From Cycas panzhihuaensis (Eukaryota; Plantae; Cycadophyta): a stretch of 64,000 nt of DNA. Where the stretch lies: NCBI GenBank assembly GCA_023213395.1, contig CM041465.1, forward strand, positions 117,869,741-117,933,740. The letters are read 5' to 3'. The notes beneath the pieces are model-generated. The model was not told where the DNA came from, searched no databases, and saw nothing but the letters and a program-made list of their open reading frames with translations. Below are positions 12,201-26,000 of this stretch, piece after piece. Position 1 is the stretch's first letter. Each line of letters begins with the position of its first letter. A program made the position numbers and the translations under genes.

Positions 12201-14470
12201 AAATATGGTTGAATAGTGGGACCTAAGTTTATTAGCATATCATGGGGTTGGGAAACTCTAATGATATGATTAGGGGAGCCTATAATATTTTGGTAAAAGG
12301 GAATTATCTCATATAGAGTATAGGAGGAAACCCTCACATTAGGGAGAGGGTGGTGCAGATCATAAGGATTGGTCACTTGTGACTAATTAAGGCCATAGGC
12401 CTAGTAAGGGTCTTGGTCTTGAAATGGGTCATAAGGTTAATAGGGTTGTTGGGATTGAAATGGGTCCACAAACCACTCGATGGGAGGTTGGTTTACTATT
12501 GAGGGATGTTTGACATACAAAGGGCTAGAGGGGATAGGTAAACTAGATATATTAGAGGTATGCCTTAAAGGCATGGGGAGATTCATGATATATAGGGGGT
12601 AAACCAAGGGAAATAAAATGCAAATGGAATGCCAAGGTGAATACTTAAATCCTAAAGTAGTGGAAGAAAGGTAAGAGATGCTCATAAGAAGTAATCATGT
12701 GCTCAAAATGGTGTTGCCTTAAGGCAAGAATTAAAATAGAACAAAGGGGAGAGTATGCAATATATCACCAACTCAGATTAATGAATCCCTAGTATGGTCA
12801 CTAATGAATGCCTCTAGTCAATAAATGGACTAGGATGATTACATAACATAACTGTGGACCTAGGGCAAAAAGGTATAAGTTAGGGAGAGAGAGGTTAAGG
12901 CCCCTATAGGGCACTCATGTGTCTTGTAGATATGAGTATAAGGTTGAAAGGAAGGAAGTTAGATTAGGGGTAATAGGTAAATGAGTGTAAATATAAATAA
13001 GGATAAGAGGGAAATGATCTTAATAGAAATCTATGTAACTATCTAGTAAGCTATCAATATAAATAAGCATACAAAAGGTAAGCATGAATGAAGAAAAGTA
13101 AAATGAAAGTTGCTAACTAACTGACAAAAGAGAGATAAAATTAATCTATTCTACTTAGTAATTACCTTTAGAGAGGCTAAACAATGCCTAATAAAGAGAC
13201 CTTAGAATGCAAGAGTGTCAATAGGGTGCATACATCCCAAATATCGACATGTTTACGTGCCTATTCCTAAAAACTACTCATCCTAAGAGTGACTAACCTA
13301 GCTTATCCTAAACTCTTAATAAACCTAAAATACTAAACTCAATTTATGAGGGGGAAGGGACCAATTGGAGCAAGAGGCCTGAAGAAGTTAGATTCATAAG
13401 ATTGATTTGCTTATGGATAAGTCAGTGGGGATTCATTAATATTGGTTACTCATCTCACAATGAGTGTAAAGCAATCCAATAGATTTTACATTTAATTCCA
13501 ATGAGCCTTGAACTCTAAGAGGTGAATATGATAAAGTCCATCACTCTCAATGGGATAAATAGAGCTCACTTAGTTATCTAAATCCCATGCATAAGTGCAA
13601 GGTAGGGATAAATACCTTCTACTGTATCATTTAAAATGTATATCAAAATACTCAACTCATCTAAGGGCATAAGACCACCCCTCTTATCTGACAATAAAAT
13701 CTAAGTAAATAATAAGTGATCTTCCTCTATTTATAAGGGAATAACCCTTGCTTAAAAGAGAACTAAAATGAGTAGAGAGTAAAGCCCTATAATACAACTA
13801 TATACATTTTTATTTTAGTAAAAAATTATAAAGAGTTCATAGTCTAATAGAAAAATCTTTTTGGTTCTATGGGCTTGATGACTCATAATAAGTGCAAGCC
13901 TCCACTCTATTTGGCCTTTACTAAAGTGTGTATATACAAGTAAAGGAGATGCAATGTAATGTAAATGCAATATGAAGAATGCAAGTTATTTTTCCCTCTT
14001 TTATCTTTTCTTGCTTTTAATGATTTTTATATTTTCTTGTAAAAGAAAGAAACTGACCTCCATACAAAGGGGAAGGAAGATCAAGTAGATATGCATTATA
14101 TATATACAGGCAAGCATTTCCTTTTACTTTTTAATGGAACTGTGGAATGAATGTATACATTTTTTTCTCTTTTTAGAAGTTAAAATTTATCAGGGAAGAA
14201 TTTATTGAAGAGTACCTAATTTTTGCTCTAAGTTTTTATTAATCACTTTCTTCTCTCACTATGTAGACTTTACCCAACAAACAAGATTAGTAAAAAATGC
14301 ATATATCAAGACTTTTAGGAAAAATCTTATAGCATTTATACTTACTAGATTGATTTATAATGAAAATAAAGTTTATTAAAATGATCAAAAGTACCTAAAA
14401 GATAATTTAAAAGTAAGCTTGATAACTCATACCTTCTAAGCAACTTTGGGAAAATTTTGGTAGCACTTCT

Positions 14471-17400
14471 TGCTAACATGGCGATTAATTATTAAGCAAA
14501 TTAGTTAATATTTATGTGGTTTAATTAAGTGAAAAGGTGTAAAGCCAAAATGTATGACTTATTTGGAGGGTCATAACCCTGATCAAGTGACATCTCTTAG
14601 AAGAATATATAATTCTTGAGCCCTTGGGTATTCAATGTATGAAACCATTGTGAAATAATTAAGTGATCTATCAAGGATCCTTTTGTGGTGGGTTTTTTCC
14701 TAAAATGATTTTCTTATGTAAATCTTGTATACTATGCATTTATTTTCTATGTGTATATTTATTTGCTTACTGTGTATAGTTAAAGATTTTATGAATGGAA
14801 ATATTTATATATGATTTCATATTCCTGAATATGGTATTAAATTCGTAAGGTCCTACACAACTGAAACTTAATGTTGAGTAAGGAAATGGGATCATTAGTT
14901 ACCGAGTAATGCTGTTTAACCCAAGATGAGTCTTGAGGGTCCATTAACCCTAACAACATGTAGAAGAAGGCACAGTATATCAATGGTGGTTGAAGCAGTG
15001 AAGATCACTATTCAATAGAATATAAGGGTTTATTAAAGTTAATATTTAAGCGTGAGGTCCATGTTTATGATTAGAGTTAGATCGTTGGGGGTCATTCGAA
15101 GCTGATTGAAGAACTATAATAGTCATTCAAGCTAGTAGAGCATGTACTGATGACGATTCGATGAATTTAAGGACAACCATCCTTGTATACATGTAATTTA
15201 GTTCAATTCTCAATAAAGCTCTCTAAATTTTCAATGAAATAAGCTTGTATTACCATTAAATCTTCTTCTCTACATTGGTGGACATGATTGGAGCCAAGGT
15301 TTAGTGTTTTTCTGTCCTTATTTAAATTCTAGCCTGTGTACATAGTAATAATAGCTTAAGTTCATTAAACAATACTATCTTTACATGGGATTGAACCTCA
15401 TTTATAACTCATATATATGAAATAAGCCCATATTTGGGATATTTATGGCTATTATCTACATGGCTGGGAAGACTACAAGTTGGCTGAGTGGATTACAAGT
15501 TGGTTGGGTACTATATACATGAACACAGCTGCATCTATGTGTTAGACATTAACTGGGCATATTTTATATTGGCTAACCATGTGTTGTATTGACTAGGCAT
15601 GAGTAGGAGGCTACTGGGTAGAGTTGGGATAGTTTACCAGTTGTATAAGCCTGGGTAAAGGTCAGTGTAATACCCATTGGTCCATGTAATGTGCCCAGGT
15701 CACATATATGCTTGGCTACCACACCTTCCCATATCACATAAATACGACCTTTAAATCCCATCATTTGATGATTATTACTAAGGTTTATACTTAGTAAATA
15801 ATCGCATGACTTGTGTCTTTCATTTTTACCACATGGTTTAAGTTAAAAGGCATGAGGTATATTGGAAAGTTGTAACCTAGAGAATATACCTTTTGGTGTA
15901 TTCTTTTCAATTAAACTTTATAAAAGTGACCCTTAGACCATTGAAGCATAATATATTTACTTATTGTGAAGTTATTTGAGACATTCTTGAGCCATTTTAA
16001 GCATGGATTGAGGATGTTATTATGTATTTTTCACTTGGAGACCATGCATCATCGCATGTGAAGCCATCCTTTGATTTGGAACATATTTTTTAAGCCTTTA
16101 TTTGTGTTAGTTATGATATTTACATGGCTATTTAAGGCCATTTGTTAATGGTTTATCAGGAATAAATAGTCAATGGTTCACTTAACATGGGTATAGTCAG
16201 TGTTAGGTGCCCTTAGAAGCATGATTATGAGCCAAAGAAATACACCAGGGTGCATTTTATTTTGCATACATTCATTTTTGGTATCAATTGGTTCATATTG
16301 AAGCCCATTTCTTGAGATGGAGTGCATTATGCCTAAAGTTATCTTCAATGATAACAATTTTAGCGAGTGGAAGGCCAATATGGAGATTATTTTGATGGTG
16401 AATCAACTCTAGGGAATCACCAAGGTGAAAGTGGACATAATTTTATTAGACCACAAGGAGTGAATTTGTCTCGAAGAGAAAAAATTTATAGACGTGGGAC
16501 TATTGAAACTGTCACTAGTGCTACACCAGAGAGTGTTGGTTCACAATATGGACAAACAGGATAAAATATGGACAAAATTATATGATACATTTAAGAAGAA
16601 GAAGATAAATAAGCTTTTTGCCTTGATGTTAGAGTTGTTTAATTTGTGTGTGGAAGATGAGAACAATATTAGCTCCTACATTAATAAAATCACAAACTTG
16701 AAAAATAATCTAGAAGAACTGAAGTAGAACTCAATCGATGATGCATTATTATTTACAATAATCATGTTGAAGCTACTAGTTGTATTCACTACTTTCCAAA
16801 CCATTTACGGTAAAGATGAAGTGATGGAAGCATAAACGTTTGATGGGATTAAAAACCTAATTCTAGTGGAGGATGCCAAACTTAAACATCATGGAATACT
16901 TGGAGGTTCTGACTTAAGTTAGGCCCTAGCCATGAAAACTCAGAGGAAGAAGGCCGCTAAGGAGGAGAAAATCACACAGAGGTTAGGAGAAAGTTCTCAA
17001 GATAAGAAAACATTTAATAGAAAATGTAATTACTATAAGAAGGATGGTAACTATGAGAAGAATTGTTGGTTCAAGAATTATGACAAGCACAAAGTCAACT
17101 AGGATGATAAATTTGGAATGTAAAATTATAAACCAGTTATAACACCATGTGTAAAATGCATAAAGTTATAAAAGAATATGGCCAAGCCCTCTATAGATGC
17201 CACAAAGTAGCACCGGTTAGTAGGGAGATTGATCTATTTAACTTATACCAGGCATGATATCACATACCCTATCAGGTGGGTTTCTCACTACATGTAGAAT
17301 ACTTAGGAATCTCATTTGGTTGTAAAGAAGCTGATTCTAAAGTATTTAAAGGGGGTAATCAATCTTGGTCTCAAATAACATTGAGATAAAGAGATACGAT

Positions 17401-18323
17401 TGCATGGATACACAGATACTAATTATGGAGGAGATTCTGATGATTAGAAGTGTTGGATATATATATTTGGTGTTGGCAATGGATTTATTTTGTGGTAGTT
17501 GAAGAAGCAATAGATAGTGGCACTATCTTCTACAGAGGCAAAATATTAGGGACTCAATGCTAGTGCAAAGGAAGCTATATGGTTACAAGGTTACTTAGAG
17601 TTTCTAATGGATGCCTAGTTATCTTTGTTGATAATCATAGTACCATTTATCTGTCAAAGAATCTAGAGTTTCATACGTGTACGAAGTACATTAAGATTTA
17701 GCACCATTACATTCGTGAACAGATCAAATCAAGGAACCTATAGGTTGACTATAGTCTAAGTGAATTCTAACCTATAGATGTGTTCACCAAACCTCTCATT
17801 GAAGATTAATTTACGAAGATGTGTACCGAACTTAGACTCATCAATGTTATCATGGAGGAGAGATGTATTGATAAAGATAAAGAAGTTGTAGGATAATTCT
17901 AACCTTTTTGATAACACAACTATTGCAGTTGGAAGGCTTCCTACATTCACATTAGAGGGGGATGCTAATGTGGCAGTTAATTATTAAGCCACTTAGTTAA
18001 AGTTAATGTAGTTTAATTAAGTAAAATGGTGCAAAGCCAAAAGGTGTGACTTATTCGAAGGGTCACAACCCTAATCAGGTGATACCTCTTAGATGAATAT
18101 ATAATCCTTGAGCCCTTGTGTATTCAATGTATCAAGCCATTATGAAATAATCAAGTGATCCATCAAGGATCCTTTTGTTGTGGGTTTTTTCTTGAAAGGG
18201 TTTTCCCACATAAATCATGTATATTGTACATATATTTTCTATGTGTATATTTGTTTACTTATTGTGTATGGTTAAAGATTCTGCAAATGGGAACATTTGT
18301 ATATGATTTCATGTTCCCAAATA
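14471..18323 (+). mobile_element. Internally deleted Ty1/Copia element
   Basis: LTRs 14471-14831 and 17963-18323. PBS 'tggtattaaa' at 14832, PPT 'agaggggga'. TSD cttct/ctttt (4/5). Gag remnants at 16320-17100 (knuckle-like CNYYKKDGNYEKNCW) and RT C-terminus/RNase H remnants at 17110-17850. Confidence 0.88.
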
Positions 18324-19574
18324 CTTTTATTTCCCTACATGCACCAAAAGCTTATAAAAAGAATTGAAAATGTGGCGAAGGTACTAATCTTGCTCTCAAA
18401 GCTTCTAGACTTATAAGAAAAGCTTTAAGGACATGCTTCACCACGTATCAACTTAACGCATGCATATATATAGTAAATATAACAATTTAAAAGTAATGTA
18501 ATCAAATAGAAATTATAAATTTTAAGAAAATTAAATTTTGTAATAAGTAGAGTTTTAGAATTAGTGGAGTTGTTACCATATTCCTAATATGAATGATGTT
18601 AGTTAGCCATTTTTTCCCCTACAAAATGCTTCTAACAAAGAGAAAAGTAAATTAAGATAGGAAAATAAACAAAGAGCCAAGCAATAATGCAATAAAAAAT
18701 TGAAATAAAATAAAAGTTAAGTAGAACTAAAAAGAGAGGATAAAATACAAATGAAGTGAGGGGTATTATCCTAACTCTCAACCAAAAAAGCTAACTCATG
18801 ATGTGATTACTTGATCTAAGAAGTCTCTAACATTGAATTGCATCTAAACTCCATGTAAAAAGTGGAAGTCAATAGGAAAATTTAAAAATGAATGGGAGTC
18901 TACAAGAATTTTATAAGTATTCTAGTTACATAAGACTATCACAATTTGGATTTTACTCCTTATGGAAAGAGAGAGAGAGATTTATAAAAAATGAATTCAG
19001 TGAAAGAATAGTTTTGGGCCTAAGGTTTGGAATCAAAGCATAAGCCAATACCATGGGTATATTACCTATGGATTTGACCCAATATTAATATTAGAATATT
19101 TAATAGGAAAATAGTTTTGGTGTAATTAATAAATGAAATACCATCCTTTGTAGGATACTTCATATTTTGATTTTTATTGAAAAATAAATGATGGAGAATA
19201 GGGCAGAACATATACAAAATAATCATAAATCAATACATCATTGTTGCATAAACATAAGATGTTTTGTATTAAATCTATTTTTGTAGAAGAGAATTACAAA
19301 TTTCTAAAAGTAGGCGGTGTCTAAAGACATCAAGGTTATACACCCCTCAAAATATATAGTTTGGGGGAGGAGGGAAACTCCTCAACCCCTAGAATTTAAA
19401 TAATAATAAAATAATAACTTAACTCAAATTAACTTAAATAAAATCAACCTTAACTTATACTTACCTACACATGTAAGCACCCACATGTGTAAATTGATGA
19501 GAGTGAGGTGTGCACTCTTGGTTGGAAGGTGGGAGTGAGGTGATGAGCATTAACCCTAACATTCTCCCACTTAA

Positions 19575-20285
19575 TGATCATCATGAGAAATGTCTTCTCT
19601 TTAAACTTGTGAAATTTATACTTGAAAAAATCTTTAAAATTTTATCTTTTAGCTTGATCATTATCAACTCTTCTCATCCTTTTTGCAATGTATGTGTCTT
19701 CGCCATTGGAGGGTGCAAAAAATCTGTAAGTAAATGAAGCTTGATTCAAATGTGGAGGTGTGGCTACAACTTTGACTTTATCTCCTGAAACTTTAAGAAA
19801 ACTTTGAACTTGAACTTTGTCTTATGAAATTTTTGTGTTATGTGCAACTGTCATATCATCATATCTCTCCCCTTTAGATGGAGGATTAAGTTCTTGTGCA
19901 ATAAGATGATCATGCATTTGACTTGAATCTTCCTTGGTCTCTTCATTATAATCCACCTATTCTGGCACCTGTCTCGCATGCTCAACATCAATGTTAAATT
20001 CATTGAGGGTATCCCCCCCTAAGTAGAAATCAGAATGTACCACACGGATTTAGAAGTTGTTAGTTCACAAACTCTAGAAAAGACATTATTATCTATAGTG
20101 CAAAATAATAAAGCTAGGGTTTTATTTTCCTTTTTAATGTTTTCCTTAATACTAACATCATACTCATCTTATAGGTAACTCCAAAAATTATGTATAATAA
20201 AATAATTTTGTATTGTTTGATTCCATAGTGAAAAATTATGGCCATCAAATATAGGAAATTATATTTTATTAAGATTGATTATCAT
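19575..20285 (-). pseudogene. gag: Degenerate gag remnant of E2
   Basis: Reverse-complement homologous to the E3 gag (36312-37020) and the E1 gag. Contains multiple stops. Confidence 0.85.
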
Positions 20286-21868
20286 TTTACCAAAAATTTT
20301 AGTACATAAAAGGAATATTCTTTTACTAAGTCAAAAACCTCAATAAATGAATAAATATGACAAACTTATAAGATATAATTTTAGATAAAATTTAAAATAT
20401 AATGAATATATGAGTAAATTTTGAATATAATAAAGATCTTCTTAGCTAGGTATGGATTAAAACTTTCATGATGATAAATAAAGAAGTCTTAACCTTTTAT
20501 TTTTTTAAATGAAGGGGTATTTTAAATGTTTAAGTTTATCAGATTCAAATCTATATTAAACAATGACAGTATAATGTGAAATTATATGAATATAAAGATT
20601 AATAAAAAATCTATTCAATGGAAGTCATCGTTTTGAAAACGGGTTCCTACAAGTCAATATTTTGATGAAGCAAAGGTACAGACCTCTTTTCAAGGCCTAA
20701 TGGGAGCTTGGGGCTCAAAATATTATAAAATACTAATAAAATACTTATAGAATGCTAGAAAATAACCAAGTATAGTTTATAGGGCTGCTTAATATACTTT
20801 TCAATTGAAATTTTGAAAAATAATATATACAAAATGTGTAATAATGATAGATTGGAGGTAATTAAGTACCTCAACTTTGATGGCTTTGACAATAAGTAAA
20901 AACACTTCAAAACTTATAAATAATAGTGTTAATTCGAAGAGGAGTGAGTCAGTTTCCTAACAAAATTGACGAAACTGAATTCTGATATGAAATATAAAAG
21001 TTATAATAAAAATGGCAACAAGTACTTTTATGGTAAAAAGTTTAAAAGGTGCTAAAAAACACTAAAATGTCACTTTGGTCGATTAAAATAATGATTAAAT
21101 AAATCTTAAAAAATAAAATAAATTGATGGTAATAAAGTTTTTTGATAGTAGATGACTGCAAAATATATCTGGGTAGAAAATAATCACCCGGTGATAAAAT
21201 ATAATCCAATGAAAAATGGATTTTATAAAAATAGTTTTAAAAGATTCTAAAAATCAATGCTTAACTTTGAACTGATTAGAACCTAGTCAAATCAGCTCCA
21301 AATAGGTCATATGACCAGTCAAAATCATACCTCAAAGCATTTCTAACGCAATGGGATAGGTTTTGTTAGAAACTTATGACCCAGTGAAAAGTTATGGCAA
21401 AATGTTTCCAGGTACTCTATGTAAAATGAAAAAAAAAAAAAAAGTTTATAAAAGTTGTTGGCCTCTTTTGAAACGAGATAACGGTTATATGAGGGTTTAT
21501 ATGACCAGGGGCCAAGACTTGAGGGGCTTATATCTTTTAAACATGGATTTAAAATATATATATAATGTAGTTTAATTTTTTAAAAACTTTATATTTATAA
21601 AGGATATAAAAAATAACACATCGAATCAAATTTTGAATGTGTTGTGACCGCCGCCGTCTGTCGTCGTGCCTGTCACATGGACCTGCACACCGATGCCAGA
21701 CCTATGAACTAGGCCACAATGAGATCGTCGCAACCACATAAAGACACTGCCTACACTATGCTCTACCTCTATCATGCGGTTTGACTCAAGGTTCGACAAC
21801 AGGGCAGGTAGGAAAGCTGAAGTCTACTCTTCCTTCTCGTTCATAGGGGAGGCCCGAGAGAATCCGCT

Positions 21869-21907
21869 ATGGGAAATGGTACAGGAAGTTTTGGTAAGAG
21901 GAGAAAC
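21869..21907 (+). pseudogene. RPL37: Captured 5' fragment of 60S ribosomal protein L37 mRNA
   Basis: atgggaaatggtacaggaagttttggtaagaggagaaac = MGNGTGSFGKRRN, versus the plant RPL37 N-terminus MGKGTGSFGKRRN. Preceded by a pyrimidine-rich, 5'UTR-like sequence. Confidence 0.8.
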
Positions 21908-22471
21908 GCAGAATCGGGGATCAAAAATATTTTCATGAGCAACTGGAATTTCGTCTTTGAGGCCCTATAATTAGAGTAAAATTTGGTTATGTTTTTTTTA
22001 GGAAATTAATTACTATGGTCCTTCCAGGATTAAGTTTATAGCAGAACATCAAAAATTTATAGGAGGTAACATAAGAAAATCTGATCACCAAGTCCCCGTG
22101 GAGCTATAAAGTCATGATGGACGTGGCCATGACCGACTTATTGTGACTCCCTAAACAACCACCAGCTAAATGGGTGTCTCTACCACCGACGTAAATGAGA
22201 AATGACTGGACACAGTGTTCATCTATCTCGATCAAGAGTTAGAGTAAGAGACGGGGGACGTACAACAAGCTACACGTGATATGGATATGGGTCTCTTATT
22301 TTAAAAAATATTTTTGGTTTTGTTTAACAAGGGGGAGAGATAATTATTTTGTTAGACCAAGCTTGCCAGTATGCATTAAAGGTTGAAAGTTGAGTTCACA
22401 AGAGATTTCTTCTTGCACTCTAGCAGTAGTAGTGGTTGTGGTATCAATGGAACCAAGAGTTTTCCTGTGTT

Positions 22472-22591
22472 GACCGAGATAATGGAACAATTACCTTAAT
22501 GAACACTGGCATTGGAATGACAAAGGAAGAACTTGTTGATTGCCTTGGAGCAATAGCCCAAAGTGGAACTGCAAAGTTCTCAAAAGCATTG
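22472..22591 (+). pseudogene. HSP90: Captured fragment of an organellar HSP90 (HSP90-5/HSP90-6-like) ATPase domain
   Basis: [40 protein letters not shown]. The 'DCLGxIAQSGT' motif is typical of plastid and mitochondrial plant HSP90s. Confidence 0.9.
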
Positions 22592-22960
22592 ATCGGTTCT
22601 AACAACACAATGTTTGAGATCTGACAGTTATTCACAACAATATTGAAGATCAATGCAGTATAATGGATCCCTTATTCTTTCATCTTCTATACCTAGCTGC
22701 AGTATTTGTGGATCCCTTATAGCTGTACAATCATAAGTATAAGAAACCAAAACTATGATTGCTAGAACTAATTCAGGATTGAAAATGTGGAAATTTGTAT
22801 AAGTTTTATGTTAATATGGATCACATTTTCTTGCAAAGTTATTCACTTTCTTTTGATTTTTGTTTAATGGTTTATGGATTTGAGAGTATAAGTTTGCTTT
22901 TCTGATTAGTTTGCTAAATCTTATAGAAGAGTATTTATATTTTTAAAACAAACAAAAAAA

Positions 22961-23096
22961 ATGTCTGATATTTCAAAGATGTTTTTGGAAGCAAAGGATA
23001 ATGTGAAGGTCTTGACAACTCTTGAGTGCTATTTCAAGATAATTTCTAGTGAACCTTTGCCAAGGGTTCTTGAAACAATAAGTCCTATGATGAATG
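22961..23096 (+). pseudogene. Captured axonemal dynein heavy chain fragment, part 1 (DHC_N1 tail; DNAH10/I1-alpha-like)
   Basis: MSDISKMFLEAKDNVKVLTTLECYFKIISSEPLPRVLETISPMMN. The frame continues at 27581 once the nested element is removed. Confidence 0.8.
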
Positions 23097-26000
23097 TGTT
23101 AGAATATTAATGAACATTTGATTTGTCCCACATGCAAGTGGATCCTACTCTTCCATCATGACTTGTATTATAAATACATAACTTTCTGTATCATATTGTA
23201 ATGATATTATAATGATATTTTCTTAATACAATGGAGGTACCTTAAGGGTACTGTTCGATCCTATGGAGGTGTGTTTCATTCTGTTTGTAAATATTATTTA
23301 TGTAGGTTGATTTCCAGCATGGTATTAGAGCTAAGGTGAAGTCAAAGCCAAGTTAAGCGAGGTGAAGCCAAGTTGAAGTGAGTTTGAGTGTTGATTGGTG
23401 AAACCCTAATTTAGGTGTATGTGGAGGTGGCTCCATAGAGCTTTATTCATTCCTGTTCCCATTTTTCAATGCCATTTGTATGCCCCAGAGATGTTATGAG
23501 TCCTTGGCTGAGCTGTGGAAGAATGTAAACCCTAGTTGTAGAACTGTGAAGTCATAATACGATCATTTTAAAAGGTATGATACTTATTGACTGTGTGGTA
23601 TTTGCCATCCTACATGCATATATATCATTGCTAGTTGATGATTTCATTCTGAACCTGCATAATGATATTTTGTTCACCTATTAGTATATTTGCGTCACTA
23701 TGTATTTTGCCATATCTGCATGAATCTGAATCACCGAGATGTTGATGCGACCTGTGTTCTATTATCACCGTACAATAATTGCCCAGCCATGATATTAAAT
23801 AAAGGTGCCCGTCAGCTATGATATTACAACCGTTGGATATATGTAGTTGCCCATTTATTAGATCATTGGTTTAGGTTTTGAGCATTATATTGATATGTTG
23901 CAGCCAATTCATTATTCACTATTTTGTATTACATCTGTGTAAGTATCATTAATTACCGTTGTTTTTGCCCTCGTGCCTATGTGAATTTGTAATCTGTGTT
24001 AAAATTCTTCAGCCAGAGGTCTTCTATTAACCCTATGTGATTATTCTACCATCTTTTCTTATAAACTTGCATCATGTATGTGTCCTGTACTCTGTTTGTC
24101 CACCTGCGTGATGATATTCTTCATCGCCCAGTGATAGATAATATTATTGTGCCACCATTTATCTATAACTTCATCACTGCCTATTAATGTATATGTGCAA
24201 CTGTCATTAATACATTACAGTCGACTGAAATATGTCATTAATATTTGCACTGCCCTTTCTACATTTGCAGTCTTTTATTTTTGTAGTTGCCCATTGAAGA
24301 CTTAATCCGTGGCCATATTTATAAGCTTTCGTGTGATGACTTAACGAAGCCCATGTAAAATTATTTTTTGCCGAACTTATATCTGATCTCTGCCCATGGA
24401 TCATTAACATTTGCATGATATATTCATTACCTATTTGATGTATTTGAGTAATCATGTTGCTGTGTCTGTTTGCATATAATCGTCTAGCCCATGTTGATCT
24501 GATCAATGCGATGATCTTTGAACCTTATACATCGCAATCCACCTGTGTGTAGCCATTCATAGCTTCATCATCTCTGCATTGTAGCATTTGCCCATATCCG
24601 TGTAATGACATTGCCACTGCCATTAATATATTGCAATCATCGTTAGTCTATTCTCCATTACGACCATTGAATATTATGCATTTCAATTAATTTTGTTTTC
24701 TTTTGTTATGCTTCATAAAGTCATTTTTTATATATATTGAACGTTCAATATTCAATTTATATTGTTGCTTGCTATTTCGCCATTGTATTTTATCAAATCA
24801 TTTTTGATATTTGAATGCCCTTTTAAGATTATTTTTTAAGTCACTTTGGTATATTGATACCTTTTTTGTTAATATACTTTGTCGCATTTTTTGACCTTAA
24901 TGAGATGAGAGTGTATACCCTTTAATGGCCTAAACATATTTTATAAGACCTCATATTGATATATGGAGATTAAGACAATTTTGAAATGTGCCAAAGTGGT
25001 GATGTATGCATGGGTTAGATGGCAACATGAGGTGTATTTGAGAGGCATGTTGGTGATATGGATAACTCTCTAGTATGAATCTTTATAAGAGAGTTTTATG
25101 ATGATGTAAATGGGTGATTTTGAGGCCTTGCATTATTCTCTTGCAAGTAATTGTGTGATAGGCAAGGTTGCCAATGTTTGATGCTCTCTAGCATAAAAGA
25201 GTAATTTGGGTGATGTTGCGATATGAGGTATCTATTTGAGGCTATCATACATGGGTTACACATGAGAGAGTGAGTTGGGTGAAGAGATATCTATTGTTTC
25301 TCTTGTTTACATAAGTAAGTTGGGTGACTTAGTACTCTTTGGAATGTGATCTTTATGGGCATGATAATTTGACATATTTTGATGGTGTATTCTTTTTGAT
25401 GGACAAAATTGAGGGCATGTCAAGGGCATGAGAAAGGTAATAAGAAGACATTGTAATCAAGGTAATGATTAATAAGCAAATGAGTTATTATTACAAGGAA
25501 GCAATCTTTGGCATTGAGTTGATAGTGGAGTCCTTACAGTTATGGCCTTATGGCAATATGAGTGAGTAGTTTTTTGAAGTTCTTGGTTAATGTGTTGATA
25601 TGATGACATGAGATGAAGTTTGAGGTTTTTCATTATTCATTTGTATGCGATTATATGAGAATACTTTGATGATATGAGGTATTGATGAGGTGACTGTTTA
25701 GGCCTTCTTGTATGTATTTCATATGGGAGAGTACCTTGGTAATGCGAGATGACATTAACTTATATTTTGCACTCTATTGGCTTAAGACTTTTTGTGGATA
25801 TATGATGAGGTATGTGTTTGCATGAGAGAGTTGATGAAGTGATGACTTGGCAATTATGAACCTTGTAACATGTGAGGTTACATGATAAGGTTGGATACTT
25901 TATTGGTGAGTTAAGGAAGAAATTAGGCATGTTTCATGATGTGAATAGGCAAAGAAGGATGAGTTTTTGTTGAAGTTACATGAGTTGAAAGTGCAATGGC

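Larger units (their letters stand above)
3433..19090 (-). mobile_element. Old Gypsy element, copy A (tentatively Tat/Ogre-like), fragmented by E1 and a Copia: segments 3433-3645, 9551-14470, 18329-~19090
   Basis: 3433-3645 is reverse-complement homologous to the protease region at 51790-52010. 10580-10700 matches gag at 50650-50760. 18900-19080 matches 42090-42270. Confidence 0.7.

Noticed and set aside
19510-19737. Recurrent small ORF MHSWLEGG... (also 36861-37088 and 9066-9251) as a conserved peptide
   Set aside because: It is the antisense reading across the PPT/LTR junction of repeated element copies and has non-ATG starts. The recurrence reflects repeat homology.
22436-22624. ORF as an exon of a real HSP90 gene
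   Set aside because: Only 40 codons match, there are no clear splice sites or other exons, and it lies inside the TSD-bounded element E2.
22621-22665. IHNNIEDQCSIM as a prenylation CaaX C-terminus
   Set aside because: No stop codon follows CSIM and the match is too short to support.
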